From: Monocercomonoides exilis PA203
Taxonomy: Eukaryota > Protista > Preaxostyla
Direction of reading: 5' to 3'
NCBI GenBank assembly: GCA_001643675.2
Contig: LSRY02000001.1
Location: 310,001 to 374,000 of the forward strand
DNA: 64,000 bases
Part shown: positions 32,884-46,400 of the stretch, in pieces
How positions within the stretch are numbered: the first letter of the stretch is position 1
How the letters are laid out: every line of letters starts with the position of its first letter
Notes under the pieces: generated by a model
Database searches by the model: none
What the model was told of the DNA's origin: nothing
Seen by the model: the letters and a program-made list of their open reading frames with translations, nothing else
Translations under genes and position numbers: made by a program

Positions 32884-35800
32884 ATGCCAAAGCCGCGTAG
32901 AAAATATGATCATCGTTTGAAAGAAGGAAGCCACGAGCGGGAAAGAGATTCAGGGATTTATTGGTGCATAAATTCGGGACAGCCTTTCAAAGAGATTTTT
33001 CCACTGAGCTTAAAGCTTCATTATCTGCGAGTGAAGCAAAACTTGAAAGTGGAGCCGAAGCTTGAGTTGACGAAGAAAGATATTTCGGATGATATTTCCT
33101 GGCTTGTGACAAGTGGCGGGGGTTTTAGCAGCAGAGAAGAAGGACTCCGAACATGGAAGATTAATGGGATATTTCCCACAGTTTTAGGGGGGTCGTCGTC
33201 TGCCGGAGGAGGCAAAATCGAAAGTTTGTGAAATTGATTATGAAATGTTTGATTCGAACCAATTACAGATTATCTTGTCTTTCTTCCTCAGCTCATGCAA
33301 GTTATTGGAATCTGCGAGTCTGTTTCGATGACACTCACGAATCATTTTTTGGAGAGCTATTCGGATTACAACATTCGTTTTCTGAGCCATCAATTGGAGT
33401 TATTGCATGTATGATGAGATTATTTTTTAAAAAAAAGTTTTTAAGAACTTCCATTTTGACTATTATTTTGTGTTTATGTGTGCGCTTGCTGTTTGTACTG
33501 TTTTGTCCAGATGAATTTGAAAACATGCGCTCCTTCGTTTTGCTCTGAATTGGAAGGACGCTTCAAACTATTTCTTGGTGCTTATGACAATTACCCCGTG
33601 GATAGAGAAAAATTGAAGTGGTTTGTGCTTTTGCCTTTTTATTTAAAATGATATCTTTGTTGACTCGTTTGTTATTTCTGTTGCTATTTTCTGTATTTCT
33701 ACGGTACTTCGTAAACAACATGCTTTTCACTTCATCAACACAGGCTTCAATCATTTGTTGGGCGTGTTCTTTCTGGCTTCTTCAGCCTTGCAGGTGCTCG
33801 GCATGCTGTGTCATCAGCCTCTTTGCAACCGATCGGATCAGAGGCTCCAGCAATCCCCATTGCAGAGCGAGAGAGGCGGTTTATTGAGTCGCTGGGGAAG
33901 CAGCAGGAAACACAAACAGCCAATTATCCCCGCTTTCCAGCACAAATTCCTACTAAGTTATCACTCCCTTATGCAGCATGCTCTCCTCCCTTCCCATCTG
34001 CACAGCCTCGCTCTGATTGCATGGGCAGCTCATTGGCTGGACAAGACAAGACAGACACTTCTCTTTCAGCTGCCAGAGATGGAATATCTGACTCTGTCCA
34101 GATCCCGCAGATTCCTCTGTCTTCAAACAGATCGTCATGTTCCTCTCCCTCTTCTTCTTCTTCTTCTTCGAATTCTTCTTCCCATCCTCCTCCTTTTTCA
34201 TTATTCTCATCATCATCATCGCTATCAATGCATTCTGCAGCTTCGCTGGGTGTGTGTTTGAACTGTTTTCCTCTTCCCCAGAGGCGCATTCCGCTCTGCC
34301 TCGGCACTTCGTACGGCTTCCTCGCTCCGGCTGTGCTAAACAGGGTGAATGAGGCGAATGGGCATCGAATGAGAAATGGCAGTGGAAGAGGGAAGGAGCT
34401 TCAAGACACATTGCGTTCATCAGCTCACTTTATCACACCATTAAGAAACGAATAGAGAGAGGAGTGCGAGTTCAAATGGAAGAGGCAAAGGCGAAGACGA
34501 AGACGAAGGAGAATGGCGAGTTTTGCACATCGCAAATTGATGCATTCGACACAAGACTTCCACAGGCAGTAACAGAAAGGAGAAGGGGAAGAGAAGGAGG
34601 AGGTGATGATGAAGATTATCAGCAGCAGACATTTCACTCGTTCGACAGCACACTCTCCTCTTCCCAGCTGCACACTCAAAACATTACGGCTTCTTCGACA
34701 TTTGCTTCTCCTCCTTTTTCTCCCTTGTCACACTCCCAATTATATGCCACTTCTATTTTTGTTGGATCCCCGCCGAAGATTCTCAGACATTCATCTCCTT
34801 CAATTTCTTCTCCTTCTTCTATTTCTTCCTTCTCGCTGCCACCTCTTGTGACTGTGAAGATCCCTCTTGCGATTCTCTGGAAGAGCAGATTAAGCAATGC
34901 AGGCGTGTTTGCAAGCAGCAGCGTGTCAGCGACGAGGGATGTGTTTGAGCCACAGAGCATCCCTTTGAACTATGCAGTGTATGCGGCTAGCCAGGGGATT
35001 CGGGTTGGCGGTGAGAAGGAGGGGAAGGGAGAGAAGAAGGATGAGAAGAGGAATGCAAATGAGTTTGTGAGTGATAAAGATGAAAAGGAATCGTTGTGTC
35101 TGACAGATAAATACATCGATAATGAGAAAGATGAAGAAGAAGAAGAAGAAGAAGGATTTGTCAAAGATATTAGAAAGGCTCAGAAAGAAAGAGGAGCAAA
35201 AGAGAAGAAGAAAACAACAAAAGAGAAGAATAAGCCTGTAACGATTCTGACCACTTTTTGCTTTGATTTTCTGCCTGAAATCAAAAATCGAAGAAGGATT
35301 TAGCAGCACATTAACGAACACGATCACTTTCTCAACATTTCCATCTGCAAACACATCAACTTCATTCACTTCATCATTTCACACTTCTTCTTTCTCTCCT
35401 TCTTCTTTCTCTCCTTCTTCTCATTTGAATTCCTCCACCACATCACAGCCTTCTTCCCACTTGCATTCTTCATCTGCCACACAATCAAATGATTCTCAGC
35501 TTTCTTCTTCCATTTCATCTTTGTTCGCTTCATCCTTCTCTTCCTCCTCTTCCTCCTCCTCTTCCTCCTCCTCTTCCTCCTCCTCTTCCTCCTCCTCTTC
35601 CTCCTCCTCTTCCTCCTCCTCTTCCTCCTCCTCTTCCTCCTCCTCCTCCTCCTCCTTTGCTCGCCTCATAACTCACACAGCAGACAATGAACTTAATATG
35701 AAGGCAAATCTGTTTCAAGAGGAGATTAACAAGCAATTGGAGTTATCGAGGAATATAACGAGAAGAATGACACAGAAAGTGCTGGAGAGGAATCAAGCCA

Positions 35801-35898
35801 CTTCTGAGACATTTTCAAAAGGAGAATGTTTAAGAAACAGAGTTGAAATGGAACGAAGATGTGGAGAGGATGGAAAAGGAAGCGGAAAGAACAAGTGA
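32884..35898 (+). pseudogene. Fragmented Ser-rich hypothetical gene (frameshifted or mis-assembled)
   Basis: Successive coding-like ORFs 32884..33231, 33808..34455, 34464..35303 and 35263..35898 in shifting frames, with the poly-Ser codon style of host genes. Confidence 0.45.
35538..35655 (+). repeat. (TCC/TCT)n poly-Ser-coding repeat with a 12-bp period
   Basis: TCTTCCTCCTCC units read directly. Confidence 0.9.
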
Positions 35899-36636
35899 TG
35901 AAAAGAATAAAGAGAGAAAATACTTGTTCGAATCATTTTTATTCATCGATTATTGATTTTCTCGTATTTTATTCAACGTTTGATGAAGCAACTGAATCGA
36001 AAAGAAAGGACTGATCTTTTTTTATGATATTTCAGTTGAAGAAAAAAATAAAGTGAAAAAAACCAACTTCTTACATAATTTTAAAGTTATTTAATCTGTT
36101 TATTGAAACAATCTTTTAAGCAAACTGTTTCAATAAATTTTTTCAAAGTGTTCTTTATTTATTAGGATAGTTTGGCAAGTTGAGAAATTTGATATTTATT
36201 TTTCACAGCTTAATTTTTTATTATTCACATTTTTTTTCCTTGATCAGTTAATACATTTTTCGCTGAAAACATAAACAGGTATGTTTTTTATATTTTTATG
36301 AACAAAACAAACAATGTTGTGATTATTTAAGCTATGTTCTTTTAAAAAATCGATATTTATAAGATGATCTTAAGTTCCACAATTATATTTAATATTTCAT
36401 TTTTTGATCTTTTTTTATGATGTCAAAAAAAATCACCCATATTTCCTTTGTAAAAGCTTATCGATTTTCTGAACTTTCTTTCTCTATTATCATCTCGCTG
36501 CGAAGCACGGTTCTCCGCTCTATCTCTTCTCATAGTTTCGGTATTGAACGCGGTTTCTCTCTCCTCTCTTGGTCTCGTGGCAAAGCGCAGCTCTCTCTTC
36601 TCTCTTTGTCTTGCAATAAAATTTGAATATATATAT

Positions 36637-36892
36637 GGGTGATTATTTTTGAAATCATATTTTTTCAAACAAAATTTTCGGATTGATAATTTTGTTTTTG
36701 ATTTTTGTTAATGGACACACAAAAGTTACGACTCCAATTCAACACATTTCTGATCTTCTTTTTCATTTTCCATTAACTTTTGAATCAATTGAAAAACATT
36801 TTCTATTTCAATCTTTTTGTTTGGAAAATATCAATGAATTTTCGTAATAATCAACACCACGAAAAAAGTTATGATTTCAAAAATAATCACCC
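36637..36892. mobile_element. 256-bp MITE of the ATAT|GGG (Sola2-like) family
   Basis: Perfect 23-bp TIR GGGTGATTATTTTTGAAATCATA, flanked by ATAT on both sides. Confidence 0.9.
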
Positions 36893-37041
36893 ATATATAT
36901 ATAATGATAACGGTGTATAAACAAAATTTTATATATGGGTCAGTTATTTTGAAAAGTCGCAGAAGATCAAAAATATGTCCCATCGCAGTTAATTTAAAAA
37001 CACTCCGTTTCCATTATTTATCAAAAATAATCATTACATAT

Positions 37042-40000
37042 GGGGCATAATTTTTAATTTTGTGAAAAAAACATTGATTTGTTCCATACACGAACTGCTT
37101 TCATTAATTGATGTGTATGTCATTTTAATGAATTCTATTTTTTTGAACATGCATCCATAATATTCTTTTGTTCATCGATTTATAAAAGAATTCAATATTT
37201 AAGGATATAACAAAAATAAACATTCAAAGAATATGAAAAGTGTCAATTTGTTCATGCAGTAACACGTATATACAGAAAAGACATGTTTAACCATCGTCTG
37301 GGAAGCAATAGAAGATTTGACTTTATTTGTTTGCAATTTAAGGAAACTGCATATTATAGAAACTGACAAATTAATTGAATACAGAGATATGTTATTTTCA
37401 TTGAATGAAACAGTCACAACCTCTGTCTTTTATGTTGAATCCATTTTCGAAGTATTTTTCATAGTTGTTTTTGTATCGCGCAGCTGAGAACGTTTGTGTT
37501 TATTTCTGTTTGTATTTTCCTTTTACAAACTTATCCCAACAATTGCTTTAAGTTGACTAGGTTTTTAACATAACTCACATCTAACAAGCAAAATAAACTG
37601 TTCTATATCTTTTTATTTGTTCAATAATTAAAAAGTCATTTTGAATGATATTCAAACAAGAAGAAAAAGAAACAAAAAAGTCTAGAGCTCAATAATAATA
37701 TCATCTTTCATGTTTTTGTTTAATCATTATATAACATTAAAATAATAAAGAAAATAGAAAAACGATCATGTGCTTTTAAAATTTTGACTTGATATAAAAA
37801 AGATGGAGACAGAAAACAAGAACATTTCATTATCACAAGAAAATTATTAATTGTCGATTATAGAATGTTTGTTGAGAATGTTTTGACTGATGATTCTTAA
37901 GTTTATGGACAATTAAATAAAATTTCTTCTGAGAATTAACTTTGATTGACAAAAGAAATGAACTTGTGCATGGACAGCAAACTTGCAGAGATACAGAAAA
38001 TGAATACTCAATGCTCTAATTGTTTGACAACTTGTATTATGAAGACATGATTTTTTTGGAAGGAAAAAACTTCAAAAACCACCTTCAACAGAAAAGACGG
38101 AGATTCAGATGCTTCTTGAAGCTCTCACTTCACAAATCATTTTAATGCTTCTTTTGGACGGATCAAGATTTTTGGTTTCCTCGGCAATTTAAATTTCACT
38201 TGATTAAGAAAGTTAATAATGAATACTGTGAAATTCACCTCTCCTCTGTAACTCTTATTTAAAGTTCACTTGGATAATTTTTTCGACAGCTGAAAATGAA
38301 GCAAAAGCCATTTATGAAGCTCCTGTATAAAAATAATAAAGAGATACTCAAATAGTATTATGATTCATTTTCTGAAGATTTATTTGGACGGGCTCAATCT
38401 TTCTTTGAAAAACCACAATCATGTTCATTAACATTGCAAGCATCATTCGAACACAAAGACAAATGAGTATTAATTGTTGGAGTCCAAAATTGTTTGAATC
38501 AATTCTCACTCCTTTAATCAATGTTGCAAAAAAAAGAAAGCACTTATAAACAGTCGTTCATTAAAGCAACTCAATAACTGGTCTGTGTGTTTGATTTTCT
38601 CCGATAGTAATTTTTTCATTATCAATTTTTCTTTATTCATTGGTCAATTATTTTTCAGAAAAATACCACTGAATGATATCTATTATGATTTCAACAGACT
38701 TATCCAGGTCAAATGATCATTCGAATCTGATATTTATGAGGAACAATGAAATTGACATGTTTTATTATGTGTTTGTCCATATATATGAACAGATAATTGT
38801 AAAAAATTCTTATCATCAATGTATTGAAACAAAGACAATATTTATTCTTGAAGATTCAATCTGTTATTGATGTATGTGCAAATTTTTGTAGCTTATTGTT
38901 AATTTCTCATTTTTTTCGATTGAAGATCTTATATTAGAATTGTTCCTTGTTGTTTGCAACTACGCATACGTGAGCGATTGATCGTTCAAATGACAGCGAT
39001 GAGAAAAGAAGAAAAGTTCGGAGATTCAGATATCGAAAGAAATATATTTCAGTGATTAATTGTGACTATAAAAATCGGATTGTTGTTGTATGTTGTTTTT
39101 ATTAATATCTTATAGGTTGAGTTGAATGGGGTTTTTCATCAAAGTTGATAACATCACTATCACTGTTTTATTCAGATAAAAGTTCTTTTTTTCAGTCTGC
39201 AATATGTAAGTTTCGTTATTTAGAGTATTTCTAACTCAGTCATCCTATGAATATCATTTGTTTTCCATTGCATTCACTCTCGCAAAAATAACAGAATATT
39301 TCAAGAAAATGCATTTGATTATAATTTCATTTGAAATATACCATTATAGATACATGATAAACACTAATAAAAAAAACGTGTATTCCGACAGGCCTCGCTC
39401 AACAAAAAGCAGGCATGCCGCACAGCTGTCAAAAGCTTTGAACGACATGGATTCGGAGGACCCGGAGGGACGCTTAATTCACTTCATCCATCATAGCAAA
39501 CCTGGTAAATCCTTTCGGGAAGAAATTGAAAGCAATTACAATTGTGTGAACATTAATTCAAATTGTTGTATTATAATAATAAAATCACTTCTTTGTTTAT
39601 CTGGATATATTAATGTTTCTGATGTTGCTGAACAGCAAAAATAAACAAACTTCTGGAAAATCTTTCGCGGGTCCTTTCTGTTCTGAATAGGCATGAAAGG
39701 GTTTTGGTTCTCGGTTGTGTGTCAAACATTTTCCCCATTGGAAAACTGGAGAAGAGTGATTGGAATGTAACAAAAAGCGAATTCTATTACTCCCAAAAAG
39801 CTTGGAAAGATTTTTTAGTGGAAAAAACAGTTTCTTCAAACGAACAAAAAAATGATAATTGCTCCAATTTGAAATGTTTGTCTTTTCCATTTTTTCGTTA
39901 ATGATAGTTTTCTTGTTTTTTCTGTCACCAAATAAAGCAAGCCAATTTAATATGGCAGAATCCTGGATGTTGTGCCACAGTTCTTGTAGCTGTGAAAACG

Positions 40001-42459
40001 GAAGAAAACGAAAAAAATGTTTGCTCATATGCATTTTTCTGATCAATTTGGAATTTTATCAATATCGTTTTTTTAATCACTGCCTTTGATCAAAAACATT
40101 TTTGTATTAACTATTTCAGCTGTGAAAAAAAACCCTCAGCACAACAATCTGAACGAATCTCAGTCTTGCATTATTACAAATGTGTGCGAAAATGATGCGA
40201 ACTCAAAAAATCAACATGCAGTTGATGTTGATCGAAAAGAAGTCGTCAAAACTTCCTCTCGATCTGAATTTGAAAAGAAAAAAGAAATGAAAATTATAAA
40301 AGATAAAAAAAAAGAAAAAGTTTTTTCTCCGACAGAGAAAAGACTGATAGAAAAAACAAAAAAGAATTTGTATTCTGAAATGACGAATGAATTGAAAATC
40401 AAAATGGCTTATTCTACGTTTTGTAAAAAAACAAAGAATTTTAAAAAAGCCAAGAAAAGGACTGATCTTTGTGATATTTGTGAGAGAGGGAATTTTTTGG
40501 AGAGGAAAGAGAAAGAATTGATGAAAAAGAATAAGAAATTAAATGATGATGAAAAGGAAGAAATAGAATTAATTGAAAACCATAGAAAAATGGCAAAATG
40601 CCAGCGTGATTATTTTTATCACGTAAAAAATAATATGAAACAAAATGAAGTATCCATCATAATGGACTTCAAAGAGAATTGGGCTTTGCCCATTACAAGA
40701 AACGAAACTTGTAAAAATTTTTATGAAAAAAAAAAATTTCACACTTGTGTTTTGTTGTTTATAAAGTTAATAAATTATTTAAACTTGAAAAATTTTGTTT
40801 TAATTTCTTTTCAGAAATTTTATCTCATGATTTTCGATTTGTGTTAGAATCTTTAAAGCAATTATTAAAATTCGATGTTTTCAATGATGTTTCTTCTTTT
40901 CATTTCTTTTGTGATAATGGTCCCCATTTTAGGAACTCACATATATTACACTTTTTATTGTCTAATTCATCTCCAATTTTTTTCAAAAAAATTTGTTCTT
41001 TGTCATTTTTCGCAGAGCACCACGGGAAAAGTGAGTGCGATAGTGAATTTGGGCATTTAACTCGTTTAATTAATAATAATTTAAATGATAATGTTTTATT
41101 GACGATTGATGATTTAATTAATTTTTTCGATTCTGATTGCAATTCAAAATATTATGTTAATAATTTTATTAATTTTAATATTGATAATATTTCTTTTTCT
41201 GATAGTGATACACAGATATCAATGAATGAACAAGATATTCCAACAATTACTCCTGATTTGTCTTTTAATACCAACGGACAAAGAGAAAATGAAACGAAAC
41301 ATATATTTTTGAAGTTTGTCTAAGTTTTCTTTAATTTGATCAACATTATTTTTTCTAATAAATATAAATCTTTATTTTAATATTAAATTTGATAAATCTT
41401 AATAAATCTGAAAGACACGAAATAGAAGCAGACAATATCTGGGGTGAATTAATCATCTCTGGAATGAAGAAATATTTATTTTTCACAAAGAAAAATGGAA
41501 AAATATTGTCTTCTCCTCTTAGCAGTATTGATTCTCAGAATTATGTAGAAATAAATTATAGAGAAAGAAAAAGAAAAACCGAAAAGGAAAGGAAAGTTTA
41601 TTTGGGTAATGGAAAGACCGAAAATTCTTTTAATATTGAAATGGATAAAAGTATTGGAAAAAGCGTGAAGAAAACAATAAAAGATAGAATGAATTATTTG
41701 AAAACTTTTAATTATGATTCAACATTATTTAATAATACTTTTTTTTCTGATGACTCTTTAATAGGAAAAGATTCAAACTGCTCCATTGAAAGCGAATCAG
41801 GTATGTTAGGTATGCAAGAAATAAACATTTCTCCAAAGAATTGCTCAATTCATTTTCAAACCATAAATAATTATTCACGTTTCAATTCTTTTAATTTCGA
41901 TGGCTCTGAAGGTCATAATTATTCTTCAAATTTGTCTGATTTTTTTATTAATTCTAATTCAGCAATTGACAGCAACTCCACAATGGAGGAAGATTTCAAA
42001 ATATTTATTTCTTTTTTTTATAAAGTCCATTTTTTGAAGTCTTGCTTATCCAATGATAACTGTTTTTTTCAGTTTGAGGACTAAACTGAATCCTTCCTAT
42101 TTTTATTCAAATTTTTTTGGATAAGAGTTTGCAGGCCTTGGGTCCAGATTCAGTTTCCCAGGAGACTTTCAAAAAATGGACCGCATAAAAAAATATATGT
42201 GAACAATTTCACATTATGCCAAAACTAAGTGAATACACTATAATATTTATCATTATAATTAATTGTTTTTTTTTATGATCTAAATTTTTTCATTTTTTTT
42301 TTTATTTTCGATTTTTATTTAATTATTATTGTATTTTCTTTTACGATTTTCTTTATGATTTATTAATTGATTTTTTTTCTTTATTTATTAATATCATTCT
42401 ATTCATTATGCGTAATATTATGGGTGGAACAAAAGTCAGAAAGAGCGAAATACTGTCCC
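37042..42459. mobile_element. Possible inner 5.4-kb Sola2-like element bounding the second transposase
   Basis: ATAT|GGGGCATAATTT... and ...AAATACTGTCCC|ATAT; only ~15/24 TIR identity plus a shared TTTGTTCCA. Confidence 0.35.
39354..42084 (+). CDS. Intron-containing Sola2-like DDD transposase without a USP domain; one frameshift at an A11 run (40726-40736)
   Basis: TDLCDIC, IMDFKENW, LSHDF, FFCDNGPHFRN, FFAEHHGKSECDSEFG; collinear with the 24304-28086 copy (KVFSPTEKRLI vs KIFSPNEKRLI). Exon boundaries and 3' end approximate. Confidence 0.75.
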
Positions 42460-42949
42460 ATATAATAAATGTTTGTTTACCAATGAAAAACCAATCTATA
42501 CTGAAAATAATTGATGTATAAATATTTTTATGATATTATTTTCCAGATCAATTTAAGATTTGATTTTTTCGTGAAAATGCACTTGTTGTTTTTCATTTGA
42601 TTTGCTCTTTTGCAACACATTTCTGGTCTAATCGATTTCAAGAGTTTTCAAATTGAAAAAATCAGTTTGATTTCTCAAACATTTAATTGAATATTTATTG
42701 TGTTTATCTTCACTCGAAAAGAGCGATTGCATTGAGACTGGATGGATCAAGCTGCCATTTCATATTCACCATTCAATTGTTGTTGTTACATGTGTGGATG
42801 AGGATTTATCTTCATATTAATTCAATTTTTCAATTGCGAAACATTGATTAATTCCTGCAGTTAATCCACCAGTAAACTTCAAACAGAGTGTGTCCAAATT
42901 AAATTCTTATTTCTGGCAGAAGCGAATAGCTTCGAAACATTTTTAAAAA

Positions 42950-43460
42950 TGTCAGATTTATCTCTTTAATTGAAAAGAAACCAAACTTCAAAGATGCATA
43001 TGCATATGGACTGAATGAAAGCCATCCTTGCGGCATCAGCATTCATTGTTTTACACAACTGATAACAGACTTTATCACAAATGTTGAAGAATTTTCTGGA
43101 ACGAATATCGAAACGAATAGTTTTGATTGTGGAATCAACATTTTTACTGTTTATGGCTAAAGCGATTTGAGCACGACAATGCAGACAAAATTAGAGGCAA
43201 CCGGATTGTCTCTTTTTTCAGTCTCCACAGGCTGATTGACTGCCAGAGACTTTGTTCTTGTGCATCACTCTGTTTATTCAAATTATCGAGTCTCGAGGCT
43301 GTTTAAGATCACAGGAATAGGAGAGATATTTATAAGTTGGCTGAACATATCCACTGGAAGTGAACAGTCAATAGAAACAGCGTTCACCACAGAGCTGATA
43401 AATGTTCAGAATGGTATATTGCAAATGGAAAATGCGAACTTGGTAAAAATGATCTCCATT
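42950..43460 (+). pseudogene. Fragment of a beta-helix-family surface protein gene
   Basis: DAYAYG...HPC...SLFSVSTG*LTARDFVLVH...LFKITGIGEI...TELINVQNGILQMEN with internal stops; beta-strand periodicity similar to the distal half of the 4323-7445 protein. Confidence 0.45.
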
Positions 43461-46400
43461 ATTTTGCAGTTTTTGCTATATTCAACAAACAAGGAATTAT
43501 TTCGTATTTGTGAACAAGCCTTTTATTGAATTGAAAGAGTAATTACGTTGCTTTCGATCACAGCAGGAGAAAGATTTTCAAGCGCAAGTGAAGAAGCAAT
43601 CGATAAAACAGATGGCCGATGAGAGAAGCATTTTCTCTGCACACATGCCGCCTGACTCGTCGAGGAAAAGTTGTGAACGTATCCAGAAGAAGCCAAAGAT
43701 TTATCAGATGCAGCATGCGAAGAATCAAAAAGATGAATGTTTGAGCGCGAAAAGGCCACGCCGACGCGAAGCGGAAGGGATCGTTTCTGTTCATAATCGT
43801 TATTTATTTCATCAAAAGATACAACATTTTCTGGAATGCAGTGTTGGATTCGATAAATTATTATCGAAACACTCTTAGCGCATCCGCAGCAGCTCCCACT
43901 CATCTGCAAACACATTTAGAAAGCACGTAATACACTTATCATCACTTTTCCTGTGGGGCGCTTGACCTGTCGTATATGTAGTTCCATCAAAACAATCGAC
44001 TGCAACTTTCACACTACGCAACAGCGAATATAACAACTAACTTGCCTTCTTTCTTTGCCACTTTGCTACCACTAAAATGAGATATATTTCCATTTAACTC
44101 CTATTATTTATTCCTATTCACAGTTTTTCTGTCTTCCTCTTCTTCTTCCTCATCTTCTTCTTCCTCTTCTTCTTTCACCTCAAAATTGAATCCTTCATTT
44201 CCTTCTCATTTTCATTTTTATTTGAAAAACTATGAAAATTTCAATATTTCTTCTTCTTCTTCTTCCACATTTTCTTTTTCTTCTTCTAATTCCTGCAACA
44301 TCACTCATTTGCCGCTTTTTTTTTCTTCTCAAACAGCCTTCCCTTATTTAACGTGATGCACATTATATAACCCTGCTGTGTAATCTCTTCCTCAACTGTT
44401 TTTGGATCAATTCTCACATGTTATGTGCAACCCGCTACCAGTATATGAATCGCAGTCATTGACGCAGAATTATACTGCCTTTTCTAATATTCCCTCCAAT
44501 TAAATAGTCTTACGCACTGAGAATGTACAAGAACAATAAGCAGCGACTCCTTATCCTGAGCATTCCCTTCCTCTTCTTCTTTTTTTCTTTCTTTCATTTC
44601 AGCTATAACAACGCCTTCTTCTTCTTCTTCTTCCTTGTATATTTCCAATCCCAACTACGGTTCTTCTTTCTCACCAAACGATCACAAGTCTGTAGAACAT
44701 CTGAGCCATCGAGCGCCTTGTGCCTTATCCAAGATAGAGATTGCTAAAAAAAAATCAATGAAGCGCCTGGCCAAAAGCATCTTCTTGCTCCACCTGTCCA
44801 GCTGCCACATACACTCCCTTCTTCATTTTCAATACGGAAACAGCCTCAAGCATTGGATGAAGAACTGCATAATATCTAATATGGATTTTTGATAGAACCG
44901 ATAGTGTTACCCATTTCTTCTTCTGAGGTTAGGGCTGCGTTGTGATACAAAGAAGTCTGGAAGGAGCTACGGGTCGAACGAGAATGAGGCAGCTGGAGTT
45001 CAATACGTTTTTTGTAAGGAAGAGAGTAAATATCACAGGGCACTTGTTACCCTGAAGGAGATGTAGAAGGAGCTAATGATAAGGACGCCATCATACAAGC
45101 AGGCGAAGCGACATTAGCAGCTCATGATGAAAAGCGAGATGAATGCGTGGGGATGAAACGAAGAGCTGCTGAAGACATATCCACACAATAAACAGGTGCT
45201 CAAGCTGAATTGCCAGCTGCTGCTGGAGATACACAGAGACGAGTACGGGGCTTAGATGCTGTAGAAATGAGTAGATAAAATTTAGGAGGATGTTTCTTCA
45301 ACAGCTCTGTGTAACGAGGATCCAGTTTGCAGCAGAAAGAAAGAAGTTTAAAAGAATTGTTTGAGAGAGGAAAATGGGACTGACAAAACAACTGCTTTTA
45401 TTTCTTCTTCTTTTTCTTCTGCTGCATCATCTTCAGAAAGAGAATACATTAAGCTGGTGAGTAGAGCTCAGAGAAAGTTCCTAAACGGTGGGAGAGGGAG
45501 GTTTGGGAATATGTATTCAAAAAAGATGAATAAATCGGGTGACACATAATTTACAAGGATAATGTTGATTGGAAAAACAGATTTGATGAACTTTCACATG
45601 AAGATGATTATCCTTCTTATCTGCATGATCAATTTTCTCTTCATCGCGCCTTTTATCATATCCTTCATTATCTTTTTCACGCTTGTCACACTCTTCCTTT
45701 TAGATGTTGCAACTCTGCAAATTCTCAGCATTATCATCATAGATGCCACTCGCTTCGCATAGCCGGACGAACTGATCTTTGCCAACGAAGTGGAATATGG
45801 CTAAATTCATTACAGCGACACAAGCTTTGCTCTGCAATCAGTTACCGTTCAATAGCAAGCGATGAATAAAACAGCTGAAAAAGAACAAAAGATTGCAAAG
45901 AACACGTTTGATAAGACGAATCTCTCTGTGATGTTGAAGTCTAAGTTTATTTTGTTCTTCTTCACATTCGACAAAGCAAACATAGAATCTTTTTTCAAAC
46001 AGAAAGCTTGAATTAACTTCTTTTTTATCTTCATTTTGAGGTTCTGAATCTGCATCGGCTGAAGAAAGAACATGTGCTGCAGATCCATTCACATTTCAAC
46101 GAGTTCCAACAAACGGGCATGTTCAATGGTATCTGTCCGCTGTTGGATGGATGCCAGCAAGTGAGACAGGCGAACATGGTTGGGTCCAACAAGAGGGAGA
46201 AGCTGATAATTCTTGCGGTGATTCTGGTGAATGCAGTTGCTACAGTGAGGTTAGGTGTGCCGTTAGTGAAGAAAACCAATATTTTGTTGTCAACACTGAA
46301 TAAGAAGCGCTTCATGGTCCTGCAGCGGCTGGCGTAAGTTACGAAAAGAATGATTCGGAGTGTGATTAGAGAGCTTCTTCACTTGAAAGAGAACAAAGTC

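Larger units (their letters stand above)
22259..36438. mobile_element. Candidate large (14.2 kb) Sola2-like DNA transposon with cargo (element A)
   Basis: Left end ATAT|GGGATATTATTTTTGAGATAATA and right end (reverse complement) GGGTGATTTTTTTTGACATCATA|ATAT, 18/23 identical; contains a Sola2-like transposase gene. Pairing of the ends is inferred. Confidence 0.5.

Noticed and set aside
37800-38600. Possible decayed member of an expanded host family
   Set aside because: Too many stops and too little similarity to the 10-14 kb paralogues to support a call.
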